A stretch of DNA of 64,000 bases, from positions 35,898,001 through 35,962,000 of the forward strand of contig OX597824.1 in NCBI GenBank assembly GCA_951406725.2. The letters run 5' to 3'. The position numbers were made by a program, and so were the translations under genes. Below the pieces are notes generated by a model. It was not told the origin of the DNA. It ran no database searches and saw only the letters and a program-made list of their open reading frames with translations. Numbering within the stretch: the stretch's first letter is position 1; every line of letters begins with the position of its first letter. Source of the DNA: Octopus vulgaris (Eukaryota). Below, piece after piece: positions 38,601-49,148 of the stretch.

Positions 38601-41572
38601 GAATACATATGAATTACATTTGACAGAGTAATCTAAATGCTAAAGGGTTAAATCAATTTTTTAAAAATCTATTTTAAATTGAAATGTGTTGTAGAATGAG
38701 AATTATGTTTAAGAAAAGATCAGCTGCCACGTTTAAACTGTTTTTGATTACAGATGGAAATGTATCTCCTTCACTTACATTGCTGATATTCTCCAGAAAA
38801 ACATGAATATCACTTAATGATATGCCTATACTTTATAAAGTGCTTATTCGCAAGAATTAAAATAATAATCAAAAATTATTTTGCAAAACAGAAATTGTGC
38901 ATAAAATTCTATTTCAAATAAAACTTTACTTCATGTTAAATTTACAAAGCTATCTGCCACAGGCCATGGCTGTTTCAGTTTTTTCGTACAACACCCCTAA
39001 AAAACTTATCAGCCTGTGACTATGTAACATATCGTTATTATACAGTGTGATCCCTGAATGTATATACATATATAATGTAGATTGTTTGAAGTGGTGTACA
39101 GATTTTATATATTAAGAAAATTAAGGTAATCAGGATTTGGATAAAAACTATTTATTTAGTACTTGTGTCCCTTTCAAGGACTCAGCATAAATGATTTCTT
39201 ATGTAAAAGGTATGCATTTTCTTTTATAAGAAATCATTCATGACAAATCCCTGAAAGGGATTAAAGCACTAATTAAATAGTTTTTATCCAAATCTTGACT
39301 ACCTTCTTTTCCTTTATATATATATATATAATGTGAAGGCACGTGGCTTTGTGGTTAAAGCTGTTGTACTCATGATTACTAGATTGTGTGTTTGATTCCC
39401 AGACTAGGCAGTGTGTTGTGTCCCTGAGAAATACACTTCAATTCATGTTTCTCCAGTACCCTTTTTGATCAGGGCAAATGTTGGCCTGCTTACCTAGCCT
39501 ACAGGTTGATGTCATTTGACGGCTAGAATGATGCAAAGTGCATTGTGACTGATGTGTGACAACATCTGATAGTCTTGTCGGTCACATAGTCACATGATAT
39601 ACATATATACAGAAGTTGGACAAAATAATGGAAACACCTTGAAATTTCAAGCAAATTTATTTTAATATTGGGTAGGTCTGTCTTTGGCAGTAATTACAGC
39701 TTGAATCCTATGAGGTATGGACTTGTACAAAGTTTGAATTGTTTCCAAAGGAATTTTTGTCCATTCTTCAGCTAAAACAGTCTCCAGTTCTTGTAGTGAT
39801 GATGGTGGAGGATATCGACTCCTTATTTGTTTTTCTAAGATACACCATAAATGTTAAATAATATTGAGATCTGGGGACTGTGGTGGCCAGATAAGATGTC
39901 TAACTTCACTAGAATGTTCCTTGTGCCATTCAGTAACAACTTTAGCTGTGTGAATTGGTCCTGAAAGATTGTGTTTCCCTCTGGAAACAGTTCCACAAAC
40001 ATAGGATGAATTTGATCATATAAAATGCTTAAATAGTCTTGACTATTAATTCTGCCATGAAGGGAAACCATTGGGCTAGCAGATTTCCAAGATATAGCCC
40101 CCCCCCCCCAGATCATCACAGATCTTTCTCCATGTTTAACAGTTGGAAGAAGGCAGTCTGGATCAAATGCTTCTTTTGGCTGTCTCCACAGGTATACTCG
40201 GCCAATGGTTGGAAATAAAGTAAAGGATGACTTGTCCAAGAAAATAACATTCCACTGCTCTAGGGACCAATTCCATAGGTTTTTATTCCACTCTAAATGC
40301 TTTGCAACATTTGTTTTTGAAAGTAGTGGTTTTCTGATTGCAGCCCTCCCGTGAAATCCAGTTTTGTTCAGCTCCTGGTGAACAGTTTTTGTGAAAACTG
40401 GGTTCTCGAGATGGTCATTAAGTTCTGCAGTAATTTTGAGAGCTGTAATTTCGTGATCTTTTTAACAATTCACATGACTCTGACGGTCCCTATCTGAAAG
40501 TTTTGGTTTTCTTCTGGAGGTTTGTTTTAATGAGGAGGTTTTTCTCTCTTTCATCTGGGTGTCATTACTTTCAAGACAGTACTTCTTCATACACCAAACA
40601 TTTCGGCTGTTTCCGTTACGCTAGCACCTGCCATACAAGCACCAACAATTTGACCTCTTTGGAAGTCCAATGGATCTGTCATTTTAATGAATTTTAATTA
40701 CTTTTTTCTGATGATATCTGAAAAGAAACAGCAATTTTAGCAAAACATTAAGCAACAGTAATAATAAATCAAAAACATAAAAATAAACAAGTGTTTGACA
40801 GTTTAATAGATATTTCAAAATTATGATGCTATGATGCTGGGTGTTTCCATTATTTTGTCCAACCCCTGTGTGTATAGGGAGATATAGATATGTATGTATA
40901 TATGTGTAAGTTTTGTGAATTAAATATGTTGATCCTATTTATTTATTTTTGGAGATGTACTTGCATAGCAAGTGATTTGATCTGAGATCGTGTGCTGGAA
41001 CGAAAACAATTGCAGCGTGGAAGGTATTTGTAAGCCTTTTAAGAAACACACAAAAGCCGTTCAATTCACTTCAACATTTAAGTTTAATTTGTCAAAATAT
41101 TTTCGTCGCTAAAATCCGCGACCTGTTCACTGACAAAAATCTGTGCTGCATACAGATTTTTGTCAGTGAACAGGTCGCGGATTTTAGCGACGAAAATATT
41201 TTGACAAATTAAACTTAAATGTTGAAGTGAATCGAATGGCTTTTGTGTGTTTCTTAAATGACTTACAAACACCTTCCACGCTGCAATTGTTATTTATTTA
41301 TTTTATTCATTTATTTATTTACTTTTATTGTAGGAATTATCAAAGACAGTGTACGTCCAGCATATTGGATTCCTGATGAAACAGTAACACAATGTGCAGT
41401 GTGTAATACAGAATTTGGTCCTAAAGTATCTAAACACCATTGCCGCGACTGTGGTAAGGTGGTTTGCCACAAATGCTCTCCAAACAAGTACTCTGTACCA
41501 CATCGAGGTTGGGACTATCCTGTTAGAGTGTGTCAAAGCTGCGAGGGAAACGGCTCTGCTAATTTATGCTAA
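9767..41572 (+). CDS. ZFYVE1: ZFYVE1 / DFCP1 (double FYVE-containing protein 1), 11 coding exons, 901 aa
   Basis: join(9767..10624,23354..23858,29813..30021,30991..31088,31278..31392,32640..32740,33324..33438,35342..35512,36454..36628,38134..38253,41334..41572) = 2706 nt. All introns are GT-AG with matching phases. Motifs match the DFCP1 architecture: B-box-like Cys/His clusters, Walker [30 protein letters not shown], two FYVE domains (KHHCRxCG...RxC). Confidence 0.96.
12040..12490 (+). repeat. Long polypyrimidine low-complexity tract in intron 1
   Basis: About 450 nt strongly dominated by C/T on the + strand. Confidence 0.85.
12688..12960 (+). mobile_element. tRNA-derived SINE
   Basis: GGAGGCACATGGTCTAGTGGTTAG..GGTTCGAATCTC head and AACAAACAACAAC tail. 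Confidence 0.85.
13150..14740 (+). mobile_element. Highly degraded RTE-like LINE reverse transcriptase
   Basis: Remnants IAFVDL*KAF..VNRE and [17 protein letters not shown]|FNVF (domain 4, QG..LAP.LFN), rejoined across the MITE at 13485-13978. Boundaries approximate. Confidence 0.6.
13485..13978. mobile_element. hAT (Charlie-like) MITE
   Basis: Begins CAGGGGTCACCAA, ends TTAGGTGACAATTG; near-identical 8-bp flanks GTTAAATG / GTTTAATG. Confidence 0.7.
16900..17885 (+). mobile_element. Interspersed repeat with (AAT)n tail, split by a MITE
   Basis: Collinear with the uninterrupted copy at 41914-42430. Confidence 0.8.
17299..17805. mobile_element. pogo/Tigger-like MITE (TA TSD)
   Basis: TA|CCGTAAATCCTCGAGTATA...TATACACAAGGATTTACAG|TA. 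The empty site is visible in the sibling host repeat near 42317. Confidence 0.8.
19700..20092 (-). mobile_element. SINE family A, full length
   Basis: Minus strand begins CAGGAGTGGCTGTGTGGTAAG..GGTTCAGTCCCACTG and ends in an A-rich AAAAGAGTAAAGAG tail. Confidence 0.88.
20725..21133. mobile_element. MITE with ~28-bp TIRs and 8-bp TSD (Merlin- or hAT-like)
   Basis: TIR GATCTTTTCGGTTTGAACGGCAGTTTTT is perfectly mirrored; TSD AAATATTC at 20717-20724 and 21134-21141. Confidence 0.9.
21648..22060 (+). mobile_element. SINE family A, full length
   Basis: Reverse-complement homolog of 19700-20092. Confidence 0.88.
22170..22840 (+). mobile_element. Cluster of SINE family B copies, one nested (22453-22671) with 14-bp TSD
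   Basis: Repeated GCTGGCAGAAT..GAGTTCAAATTC..GCCTTTCATCCTTT..GATAAA..AGTACCAG; TSD AGAATTTTGTCCAT at 22439-22452 and 22672-22685. Confidence 0.85.
23354..23858 (+). CDS. ZFYVE1: ZFYVE1 exon 2: P-loop NTPase (GBP/atlastin-like) domain
   Basis: Acceptor TTTTTCAG|ATT; [54 protein letters not shown]; donor ACAG|GTAAAC, phase 1. Confidence 0.96.
24045..24415 (+). mobile_element. 3' end of a CR1/L2-group LINE
   Basis: [49 protein letters not shown], followed by an A tail. Confidence 0.75.
24860..25380 (+). mobile_element. Second copy of the minisatellite-bearing (GAT)n-tailed retroelement
   Basis: Reverse-complement homolog of 2922-3540 with three 62-bp units plus the diverged unit. Confidence 0.85.
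25382..25775. repeat. Compound TA/TATG minisatellite
   Basis: Direct reading, ~22-24 nt period. Confidence 0.9.
25792..27509. repeat. ~1.7-kb near-perfect inverted duplication (palindrome) in ZFYVE1 intron 2
   Basis: 25792-~26300 is the reverse complement of ~27010-27509, with one substitution noticed in the unique part and differing (TA)n length. The central 24-nt minisatellite flips orientation near 26600. Confidence 0.95.
27885..28301 (+). pseudogene. PLE GIY-YIG endonuclease domain with two in-frame stops
   Basis: [88 protein letters not shown]. Confidence 0.85.
29326..29436 (+). ncRNA. Degenerate type I hammerhead ribozyme motif
   Basis: CAG CTGATTA A AAATG CCATTTA..TAAATGG..CATTT GAAA CGGTCG TA CTG: stem I CAG/CTG, long stem II, G8 changed to U. 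Confidence 0.6.
29813..30021 (+). CDS. ZFYVE1: ZFYVE1 exon 3
   Basis: Acceptor TATCTAG|AT; [45 protein letters not shown]; donor AAA|GTAAGT. Confidence 0.93.
30675..30835. mobile_element. Tigger/pogo-like MITE remnant (TA TSD)
   Basis: TA|CAGTAATTCCTC...GAGGGATTACTG|TA. Confidence 0.7.
30991..31088 (+). CDS. ZFYVE1: ZFYVE1 exon 4
   Basis: Acceptor AAAAG|GTT; [32 protein letters not shown]; donor AG|GTAAGA, phase 2. Confidence 0.92.
31278..31392 (+). CDS. ZFYVE1: ZFYVE1 exon 5
   Basis: Acceptor TTTTCAG|C; [39 protein letters not shown]; donor AAA|GTAAGT. Confidence 0.93.
32370..32580 (+). mobile_element. Short PLE-type repeat with minimal hammerhead motif (32448-32480)
   Basis: TTT CTGATGA A GAG CTCCA CTC GAAA CA TG AAA; homologous to the reverse complement of 60645-60850; flanked by (TA)n. 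Confidence 0.65.
32640..32740 (+). CDS. ZFYVE1: ZFYVE1 exon 6
   Basis: Acceptor TTTTCAG|CAA; [34 protein letters not shown]; donor GG|GTAAGT, phase 2. Confidence 0.93.
33324..33438 (+). CDS. ZFYVE1: ZFYVE1 exon 7
   Basis: Acceptor TTTCAG|G; [38 protein letters not shown]; donor GGT|GTAAGT. Confidence 0.94.
35342..35512 (+). CDS. ZFYVE1: ZFYVE1 exon 8 (runs into FYVE 1)
   Basis: Acceptor CATTAG|GAC; [36 protein letters not shown]; donor GCT|GTGAGT. Confidence 0.94.
36454..36628 (+). CDS. ZFYVE1: ZFYVE1 exon 9: FYVE domain 1
   Basis: Acceptor TTTCAG|CAC; [40 protein letters not shown]; donor G|GTAAAT, phase 1. Confidence 0.96.
36767..37108 (+). mobile_element. SINE family A, 5'-truncated
   Basis: Homologous to 21648-22060. 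Confidence 0.85.
38134..38253 (+). CDS. ZFYVE1: ZFYVE1 exon 10: inter-FYVE linker
   Basis: Acceptor TTTTCAG|TT; ..[25 protein letters not shown]; donor G|GTAAGA, phase 1. Confidence 0.93.
38428..38647. mobile_element. piggyBac-like MITE (TTAA TSD)
   Basis: TTAA|CATTTAGCATT...AATGCTAAAGGG|TTAA; reverse-complement sibling of 1440-1659. Confidence 0.75.
39610..40868 (-). mobile_element. Tc1-like DNA transposon, near full length, transposase disrupted
   Basis: 29-bp TIRs CAG(AA/GG)GTTGGACAAAATAATGGAAACACC with TA at the left end. Minus-strand pseudo-ORF ~40682..39662: [48 protein letters not shown]. Confidence 0.92.
41005..41291. repeat. 287-bp palindrome (140-bp arms, ~7-nt loop) 42 nt upstream of ZFYVE1 exon 11
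   Basis: Symmetry centre at 41148; about five arm mismatches counted by eye, all in the outer half. Confidence 0.95.
41159..41208 (+). ncRNA. Minimal type I hammerhead ribozyme candidate, G3-C8 covariant (mirror copy on minus strand, 41088-41137)
   Basis: TTTGTCA GTGAACA G GTCGC GGATTTTA GCGAC GAAA ATAT T T TGACAAA: 7-bp stem I, 5-bp stem II, palindromic stem III loop, predicted cleavage after 41201. Confidence 0.65.
41334..41572 (+). CDS. ZFYVE1: ZFYVE1 exon 11: FYVE domain 2 and stop
   Basis: Acceptor TTGTAG|GA; [54 protein letters not shown]..; TAA at 41570-41572. Confidence 0.96.
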
Positions 41573-41913
41573 CAGAACTACATAACCAGAAGAATTCAAT
41601 CAAGACATTCATTTAGAAACGACATGACACTAACTGTGGCCTTTTCTTCATAAACGACTCTTTCAAGTTGAAATCATCCCTGATTGTCTTATACTGACCA
41701 CTGCTGTATCACGACACAGACATTGACGCATTCTTCAACTCAGTCGAACATTGCATTAACAACAAAGAACTTTGAAAGCTTTCTGGGACAAATTTTGAAA
41801 TATTTCTCAAATATTCTAATTTTTCTCAAATCTTAGGTGGCCATTTCAACAATATTTTGAATAATAATAATAAGAATAATCCTAATAATAATTATTATAA
41901 TGATAATAATGTT

Positions 41914-42430
41914 TTGTCTTGGTATAAAAGATGGGCTACAGCAAATATTCTGCTCAATACCACAGATCTGCTTGTGAGTTTTTTGATCTTAACTAGTTGA
42001 GCATGTCCCTTAGTGGCTGACTATATGTGCATCTCTGATCACGAGCAGAAGTAGTGTGGGAGCATCATAGTCATATGTTGAGAAAAATTCTTTGGGGTTT
42101 GAATAATTTACCTCTGGAAACATGGGTGTTTCATTCATCATCCTTAAACAACCTTTATTCAGTGACTTTTTTTAGTGGGATGGTCTACTTGACCTGAAGA
42201 AAATTCTAAGTGGACCTCCACCTGCAAGATCACACACTGTTTATCTTGATACGAGATCACCATGTTGTACACATATGGTTGTGATGCATGTGCTTGTTGC
42301 ACCCTTATCAGAACGGTAGTCATGATCGGTATATTGGGCTTCATATATTTGTACCCCAGTGTCACTTTGATGGCATGCACTGCTCTCTCACTCAGCGATA
42401 ATAATAACAACAATAATAATAATAATAATA
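41914..42430 (+). mobile_element. Interspersed repeat with (AAT)n tail, downstream of the ZFYVE1 stop
   Basis: Homologous to 16900-17885; sits between (AAT)n tracts. Confidence 0.8.
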
Positions 42431-42569
42431 AGTGAAAAGGGAAATGAAGAAAGCTTCTAACAGTGCATTGTTAGAAACTTTATTCATTTCCATTTTTATT
42501 TATTATTCTACTTCTGTACTACAATGTTTCAAGCAAACTACAACACTTTTATTATTATTATTATTTCTA

Positions 42570-44275
42570 AGGTGAGCTGGCAGAATCGTTAACATGCTGG
42601 GTGAAATGCTTAGCTGTATTTCGTCTGTCTTCATGTTCTAAGTTCAAATTCCATCAAGGTCACTTTTGCCTGTCATCCTTTCGGGGTCAATAAAATAAGT
42701 ACCATTTGAGTGCTGGTGTCGATGTAATCCACTTGCTCTACCCCCAAAGTTGCTGGCCTTGTGCCAAAATTTGAAATCATTATTATTGATATTAGGTGGC
42801 AAGCTGGCAGAATTGTTAGCATGTCAGGCAAAATGCTTAGTGGCATTTTGTCTGCTTTGACATTCTGAGTTCAAATTCCGCCAAGGTTGATTTCGCCTTT
42901 CATCTTTTGTGGGATCAATAAATTAAGTATCAGTTGAGCACAGGGGTTGATGTAATTGACTAGTCCCTTCCCCACCAAATTTCAGGCTTTGTGCCTATAG
43001 TAGAAAGGATTATTATTATCATTAAGTTCCATCCCTATTTTTAGTTGATAAAATAAAGTACCAGAGTGGTACTAGGATCAATGTAATCAACTAACCCCTC
43101 TCTTCTAACCTTCTGACTTTTTGCCTAAATCAGAAACCATCATTATTATTTTATTATTATTTTAATGAGAATTGTTAAAGCTTTGGGCCCTCTGCCTTGC
43201 AGTATTTGTTCTGGCTCTTTATGTTCTGAATTCAAATTCCAACAGGGTCAGCTTAATTTTCATCTTTTTGGGAGACTGATCAAATAAAGTAACAGTCTAA
43301 TACTTGGGCTGATGAGATATCGCCTGATTCCCTCCCTACAAAATTGCTGGCCTTGTACCTAAATCAGAAATTTATTATTATTATTAAAGCACTGGACAAG
43401 AAGCCTAGTGGTACGCATTCTGAATTTAAATCACACTGCAGTCAACCTTTTGACCTTTCCATGTCAGCGAAATACCAACGAAGTTCGGTGGAGTGGGGTC
43501 AAGCTAATCAACTCCCCTTCCCCAAACAAATTTCTGGCCATCTACCTGTGTGCGAACCAATTATTATTAAATTGATGTCGTAGCAGAAGTAATGAAGTGC
43601 TGGATTGAATGAAGCATAGATTTAGTTCTCCCTATCCAAATCTTGTGGAACAAAACTAAAATTACTACGAGGCCTGGCTTGTATTGGGGTCAGTTTAACT
43701 AAGTGTACATGTCCTCTTAAAATTTGTGGCCTTGTACTCATGTAAGAATGATTATTATTATTATTATTAGTGGCATTTCTTCCAACTCTACATTCTGAGT
43801 TCAGAATCCTGTGTGGTTGACTTTCATCTTTCGTAGTTGATAAACTAAGTACCAGTTTTGCACTGATGTTCTGAGTTCAAATTCCGCTGAGGTTGATTTT
43901 GCCTTTCATCCTTTTGGGGTTGGTAAAATAAGTACCAGTTGAGTACTGGGGTTGAGGTGATTGACTTACCCTCCTGCACCCAAATTTGCTGGCCTTGTGC
44001 CAAAATTTGAAAGAATAATAATAATAATTATTATTATTGTTGTTGGCAGTTAAGGCAGTGAGGTGGTAGAATCGTTAGCACCCCAGACAAAGATGCTTTG
44101 TGACATTTCATCTGTCTTCACGTTCTGAGTTCAAATTCCGCTGAGGTTGACTTTGCCTTTCATCCTTTTGGGGTTGGTAAAATAAGTACCAGTTGAGTAC
44201 TGGGGTTGAGGTGATTGACTTACCCTCCCGCACCCAAATTTGCTGGCTTTTTGCCAAAATTTGAAACCATTATTA
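42570..44275 (+). mobile_element. Head-to-tail array of ~8 SINE family B copies separated by (ATT)n
   Basis: Recurrent GAGTTCAAATTCC..TTTCATCCTTT..AAGTACCAG..CTGGCCTTGTGCCAAAATTTGAAA units. Confidence 0.85.
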
Positions 44276-47200
44276 TTGTGGGCAGTGAACTGTGTTTGGA
44301 TACCAAGTTAAGTGCTTAACAATATTTAGTTATATCCCTTTATATTCTTAAAATGAAATCCTGACAGGTCAATTTGGTTTCTTTCCATTTGGAGATGATA
44401 AAATAAAAGCTAGAAATGTAATTTTCATCACACATTTTTTGGGGGTTCTATAGCAAAGTTAAAAAAAAAAAGGAAAAAACCTTATTATTGCCAACCTATT
44501 TCTGTTATCCTTTCTGTAAATGTTATAGATTTATTTAGTAAGAGACTTCACAATTGAAGTCATGTTGGAGCTGGTTTTAACCTTTCTCTAGAGTTAAAAT
44601 TTGTACAACTATTGTACTGAGTCCCCTGAATAAGTTGGTTTAACAGATTAACAAGAAATTGTTATTGTTGTTTGTTTATTTCTGTATGTATCAGTATGAA
44701 TTCTAAATTATTTAGAATTTCATGTCATTGCACATCCAGTCTTTCTAAATATTCTAATAAATATTTCCTGGAACTAAAACTTAAATCACTATCAATAATA
44801 ATAGTAATAATAATAATGATAATAATATTTAGTATATAAAGTAAGTTAGCCTTTGACCCTTGGCAGTTCTAAAATTACACACATCTATATAGTTTGCAAG
44901 TTCACTAAACTGCCCTAATTTTCTGAATGATTTTGTATAATTTTACATTGGATTTTTGTTTTAAGGTTCCCTTCTGGTGTAAAATACAATATATTGAAGA
45001 AAAAATGGTAACTAAGTTGTGTCGTCATTGTTGTGTAGATCCAGTCAGCTTTGTATGACTAGACCCCTATGTTTCAAAAGTACCCTGCTGAATGCATTGC
45101 TATTAAGCTAAAAGTCCTTCATCTGAGATATGCAGCTACCAGCTGTCTGTGTTGGTTGGGGTTGATCTCCAACATTGAATTTGGCATTCTAATTGTGGCC
45201 ATTCCATAATTATTAAGGGTCATGCCTGTAAGGATTAAAGAAGTAAAACAAATCTGGTCCCTGTTCTAGGGTATTTATTGAAGTAGATTGGGTTGCTGTT
45301 TGAGCATTTCAAGGGACAGGCTCCCATCTACTGGCTGGACTAAACTATTTTGTTATTGAAAACAAAACAAAATGCTGTTTTCAAACAAGGCACGGTCTTG
45401 AGATAAGTACAACCTAGTTTTGTTTTCCACTTGTGACATTTCACTTCCACATGTCCCTGACAAAGACCTGGACATCATCCTACAATGTTTTGCTCCTGTA
45501 TTCTAAACCTGATGTTGTGCCTACATTAGAAAAACAAATCTATGTGACATCTATCTGCCACTGTTTTGAATTCAAATCCTGTTATGGTTGACTTTACATT
45601 TCATCAAATTGAAATTGATAAATTAACTACCAGTGATATTCTGGGTTTATTTAAATGGCAATATCCTTTCCCTATCAATGTAGGCATTGTTCCTCGTTAA
45701 ATGAAATCGATATTAAATAACCCCATCCCTCATTTTTGTTGTTGTCTTTAGTCACAACTATAATCAGTCCTTCCTGCTAATAAAATCTCATTGCTCATAA
45801 TTATGTTTTATTTTTTTTTTTATATAATTAAGGTTCTTTTTTTATTTTTCCAATATTGCTTCTTTCAGTTTTTTGGCTTTTAAAATAATTTTGTGTGGAG
45901 TATTGGTTCAGTACAGGTTGTGATGTAGCTAGGTAAATTAGATATTTGGTTACTAACCCATGGGTCATGAGTTCATATATTCTTGAAGTACTTTGAGTTA
46001 AGTTAACGGCAAGACATTCTAAATATGTTTTATGTTTGTTGTTATATGTAAGAGACACAACATCAGTTTTAGTAATGATGGAAGTGTTAAAGAAATGACA
46101 CAAAGAAGTTAAATTGTAGTTTGTGATATTTTTCCTTACAGATTTAGTGATTCCTGATTTGATAGATTTGATGGGGTTGTAAGAAAATACTCAAGTTCTA
46201 TCTGTTGTGATTCAAAGACCAGTAAGGAATCTGTTAATCCATGCTGTTAGGGTTCTACTGTCAGATTTAGATATTGAACTCAATTGAAAGTGTTGTTAAT
46301 TCTGAGATAAGTTACTCTACTTTCAATAAAATTCTGGGGTGAGGGACCATTCTTATAAATATAGATTCCATGGGACGGTCATCATATAAATGTATTGTAG
46401 CACATTTAATATTGTTCAAAGAGAAATCAGTTAGCCATAAATGAGTTGTACTAATGAGATTACTTTAATTTTAAGAATTGGCAACAGAATTGCAGGCTTC
46501 CAGACTTCCAGTTACTTTTGGATCATGAGAAATTAAAGAAGTAAGATAGTGAGGTTTTGCAGCTGAGTATTTGAGAATAAAGGCTCTCTGCTAGTCATTT
46601 TATGTTTAATAGGTGAAGGGTTTGTCCTATTTGGATTCTGTAAGCACGAATAGATCTATGATTGCAGGCAATCCAACTATGACCATTACAGCTTTGCAGA
46701 CTGTACTTTGGACTTCTCTATCCAAGGTGTCCTTTCGTTTATGATTGACAGTTGTAATTAGAGAGGAAAATTTGGTTGCTATTTTTAGGAGCTTAAGGAA
46801 CTGCATAATAGTACCCTCATTATATCATAAGAGACAATTTGAAGCTTTTGTTGGTGGTCACAGCAGAAGCAGTCAATGTGAACTTGACCAGAGTATAACA
46901 GTTCCTTCATACTTCTCGTTGGAGGTGAGCACCCCAGTTTAGAGGGATGATGGTGGCAGTGGTGGGTATTAATGATTTTGCTGCTGGTTTTGTGTGTCTG
47001 GAAGTGTTTATATTTGTCTCAAAGGAATGGGAGAGATAGTGTTTTTATGATGTTGATGTTGTCAACTCTAATCCACCAGACCTACATGTTGAAATACTCT
47101 AGCCTTGACCATACTGTTTTTGGTGGGGTTTGTAGAACTATCTAAAGCAGGGGTTCCCACTGTGGGGTGCAAGATAACATTTCAAGGGATACCACAAAGA

Positions 47201-48715
47201 GGGTAAGTATAGACTCTGTTAAAATCATTTTTCAGAATAAAATAAACTGGCTCTTAAAAATAACCTTATTCTGTTAAACACAATCAAAACTAAATGATTC
47301 TAATTCTGTGTAGATTTATTGACCTTCATGAGTTTATATCTAAGAACTGTGTCTTCATTCTGTTTACTATGATATATTAGTGTAAATCCGGTTCCAGTTC
47401 TCTTTTGTCAATCAAGATAAAACCTAGGAATTGCTTGAATCCACAGACAAAGCTGTGGGCCAGCTGAAAAGTTCCATATTTTGGTAGAACCTTCAATGAG
47501 AAGCAGGACCAAAGAAGTCATTGAATTTATATTCAGAAATGTGATTTCAATGTTCATGGTTTTTCTTTAATTACTCAATTTTACATTTATATTTTATTCA
47601 CATTCTCAAGTTCATTTTGTTCCCTCACATTATTAATGTTTGTGGTTCAATTAAAGAAAAAATAAAACTAGTTGTTAGACAATTGGCTTTTTCATCTTCA
47701 AATGTGCTATTATTTTTGTAGAGGTGTGAAAATTAATCAAATATTTCTTGGTAGTGTGAGTCATTGAAAAGGCTGAAAAACACTTCTGATTTCTATAAAA
47801 TGAGAGGTCGCTCTTTGGTTATTATTTTTAGTAGAAGCACCTTGATTGGCACGATGTAGGTTTGACAGGTTATCATAAGAGTCAATTGATATTAGGGAGT
47901 ACTGCTTACCTTGACAGGTCCTTGTCTTAATTGTATTTCATTTTGGGCATAGTTTCTATGCCTATGTGCCCTTCCTAACACTAACCACTTCACTAGATAA
48001 CTTGTGGGGGGCCACCAGCACTAGAGAGGTAGCAGTTCCTCAACAATACTATATGACCCTCTCAACCTCACATGTTTCACACTGTACTGAGTGCATTTCT
48101 CACAACACCAGTATTATAGAGGTAGCCATGTCCCATCTTGACTAAAAAGATCTAACAGCCCTTTGTTTCTGCCTGCTTGCCAGTATTTTTACAGAGTGAG
48201 AAGTATAAATGATAATTATAAGAGGGTTGAGTGATAGGAGCATTAAGTAATCTGAGATATATTGAAGGTAATGTGGCTGAGATGGCAAGTCAATGACAAA
48301 GTGCTATGTGGCTTAGGACATAGTGATGACAGATCCAAGATATGTGGTGGGGGTCAGGGTCAAGAGTATGATGACAGAGTGCAGTGAGGTTAATGACAGG
48401 CAGTATAAGAAGAGGGGAGGATGAAAGATGAGTGTACAGGGTAGAAGTGGTCCAATATAACTCCCTATATATAGCCTTTGAGATGATGAGGATGGTGGCT
48501 AAGGAAATGGAGGGAAGGTAGGTGAGTCCTGTACCAGTGATTGGCTCAGACCAGCTGTAATGGTATCGTTAATTGCAGCAGGTGTAATGGAGGGCGAAGA
48601 GAAGCAAGATCCATTGTCATCTTTAATCTTAGAAATATTGTACAGTGAAATTGAGGAGGGAATGAGGGATGATCAATTGGTATGGGTGAAGCAAGGCAAT
48701 GAATAGTGAACAGAA

Positions 48716-49148
48716 GTTAGTTAGTTAATTTGGCTCAAAAGCAAATAGCAAGGCCATGTAGGGGGACATGGAGTTAAGTACAGGGTGGTGTTCATGTAAA
48801 GAGTTCAGGCCACTTGAGGTCAAGGGAGGCTTTGAACAAAGCGGTCGTCGGCATCTTCACCATCTCGTCTGGCAGCTTGTTCCACGCATCCGCAACCCGG
48901 ACGGAGAAAGCTCCTCTCCTTCGATTGAGATGAAATCGTCGCAGGTAGAGCTTTTCGGAATGACCCCGCAGCCAACGCTCTGGAGCAGGAGTGAAGGACA
49001 GCTCTTTCGAGAGGTTACACTTTCCGCTTATGATGTTGTGGGCGAGAATGAGATCACCACGGTGGCAGCGTTTTTCAAGAGAATAAAGGTCGAGCGTCCT
49101 CAGCCTTTCTTCGTAGGACAAATTTTTGAGACCATGAACCATGCGGGT
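48716..49148 (-). mobile_element. 3' end of a CR1 LINE with (CTAA)n tail
   Basis: ATRMVHGLKNLSYEERLRTLDLYSLEKRCHRGDLI..LRGHSEKL..FSVRVADAWNKLP..FKASLD; frame open to the stop at 48792. Confidence 0.92.

Noticed and set aside
35480-41460. Non-canonical FYVE motifs (WIPN, QKHHCR, SKHHCR)
   Set aside because: As I recall, these deviations are typical of DFCP1 orthologues, including human, so they are not novel.
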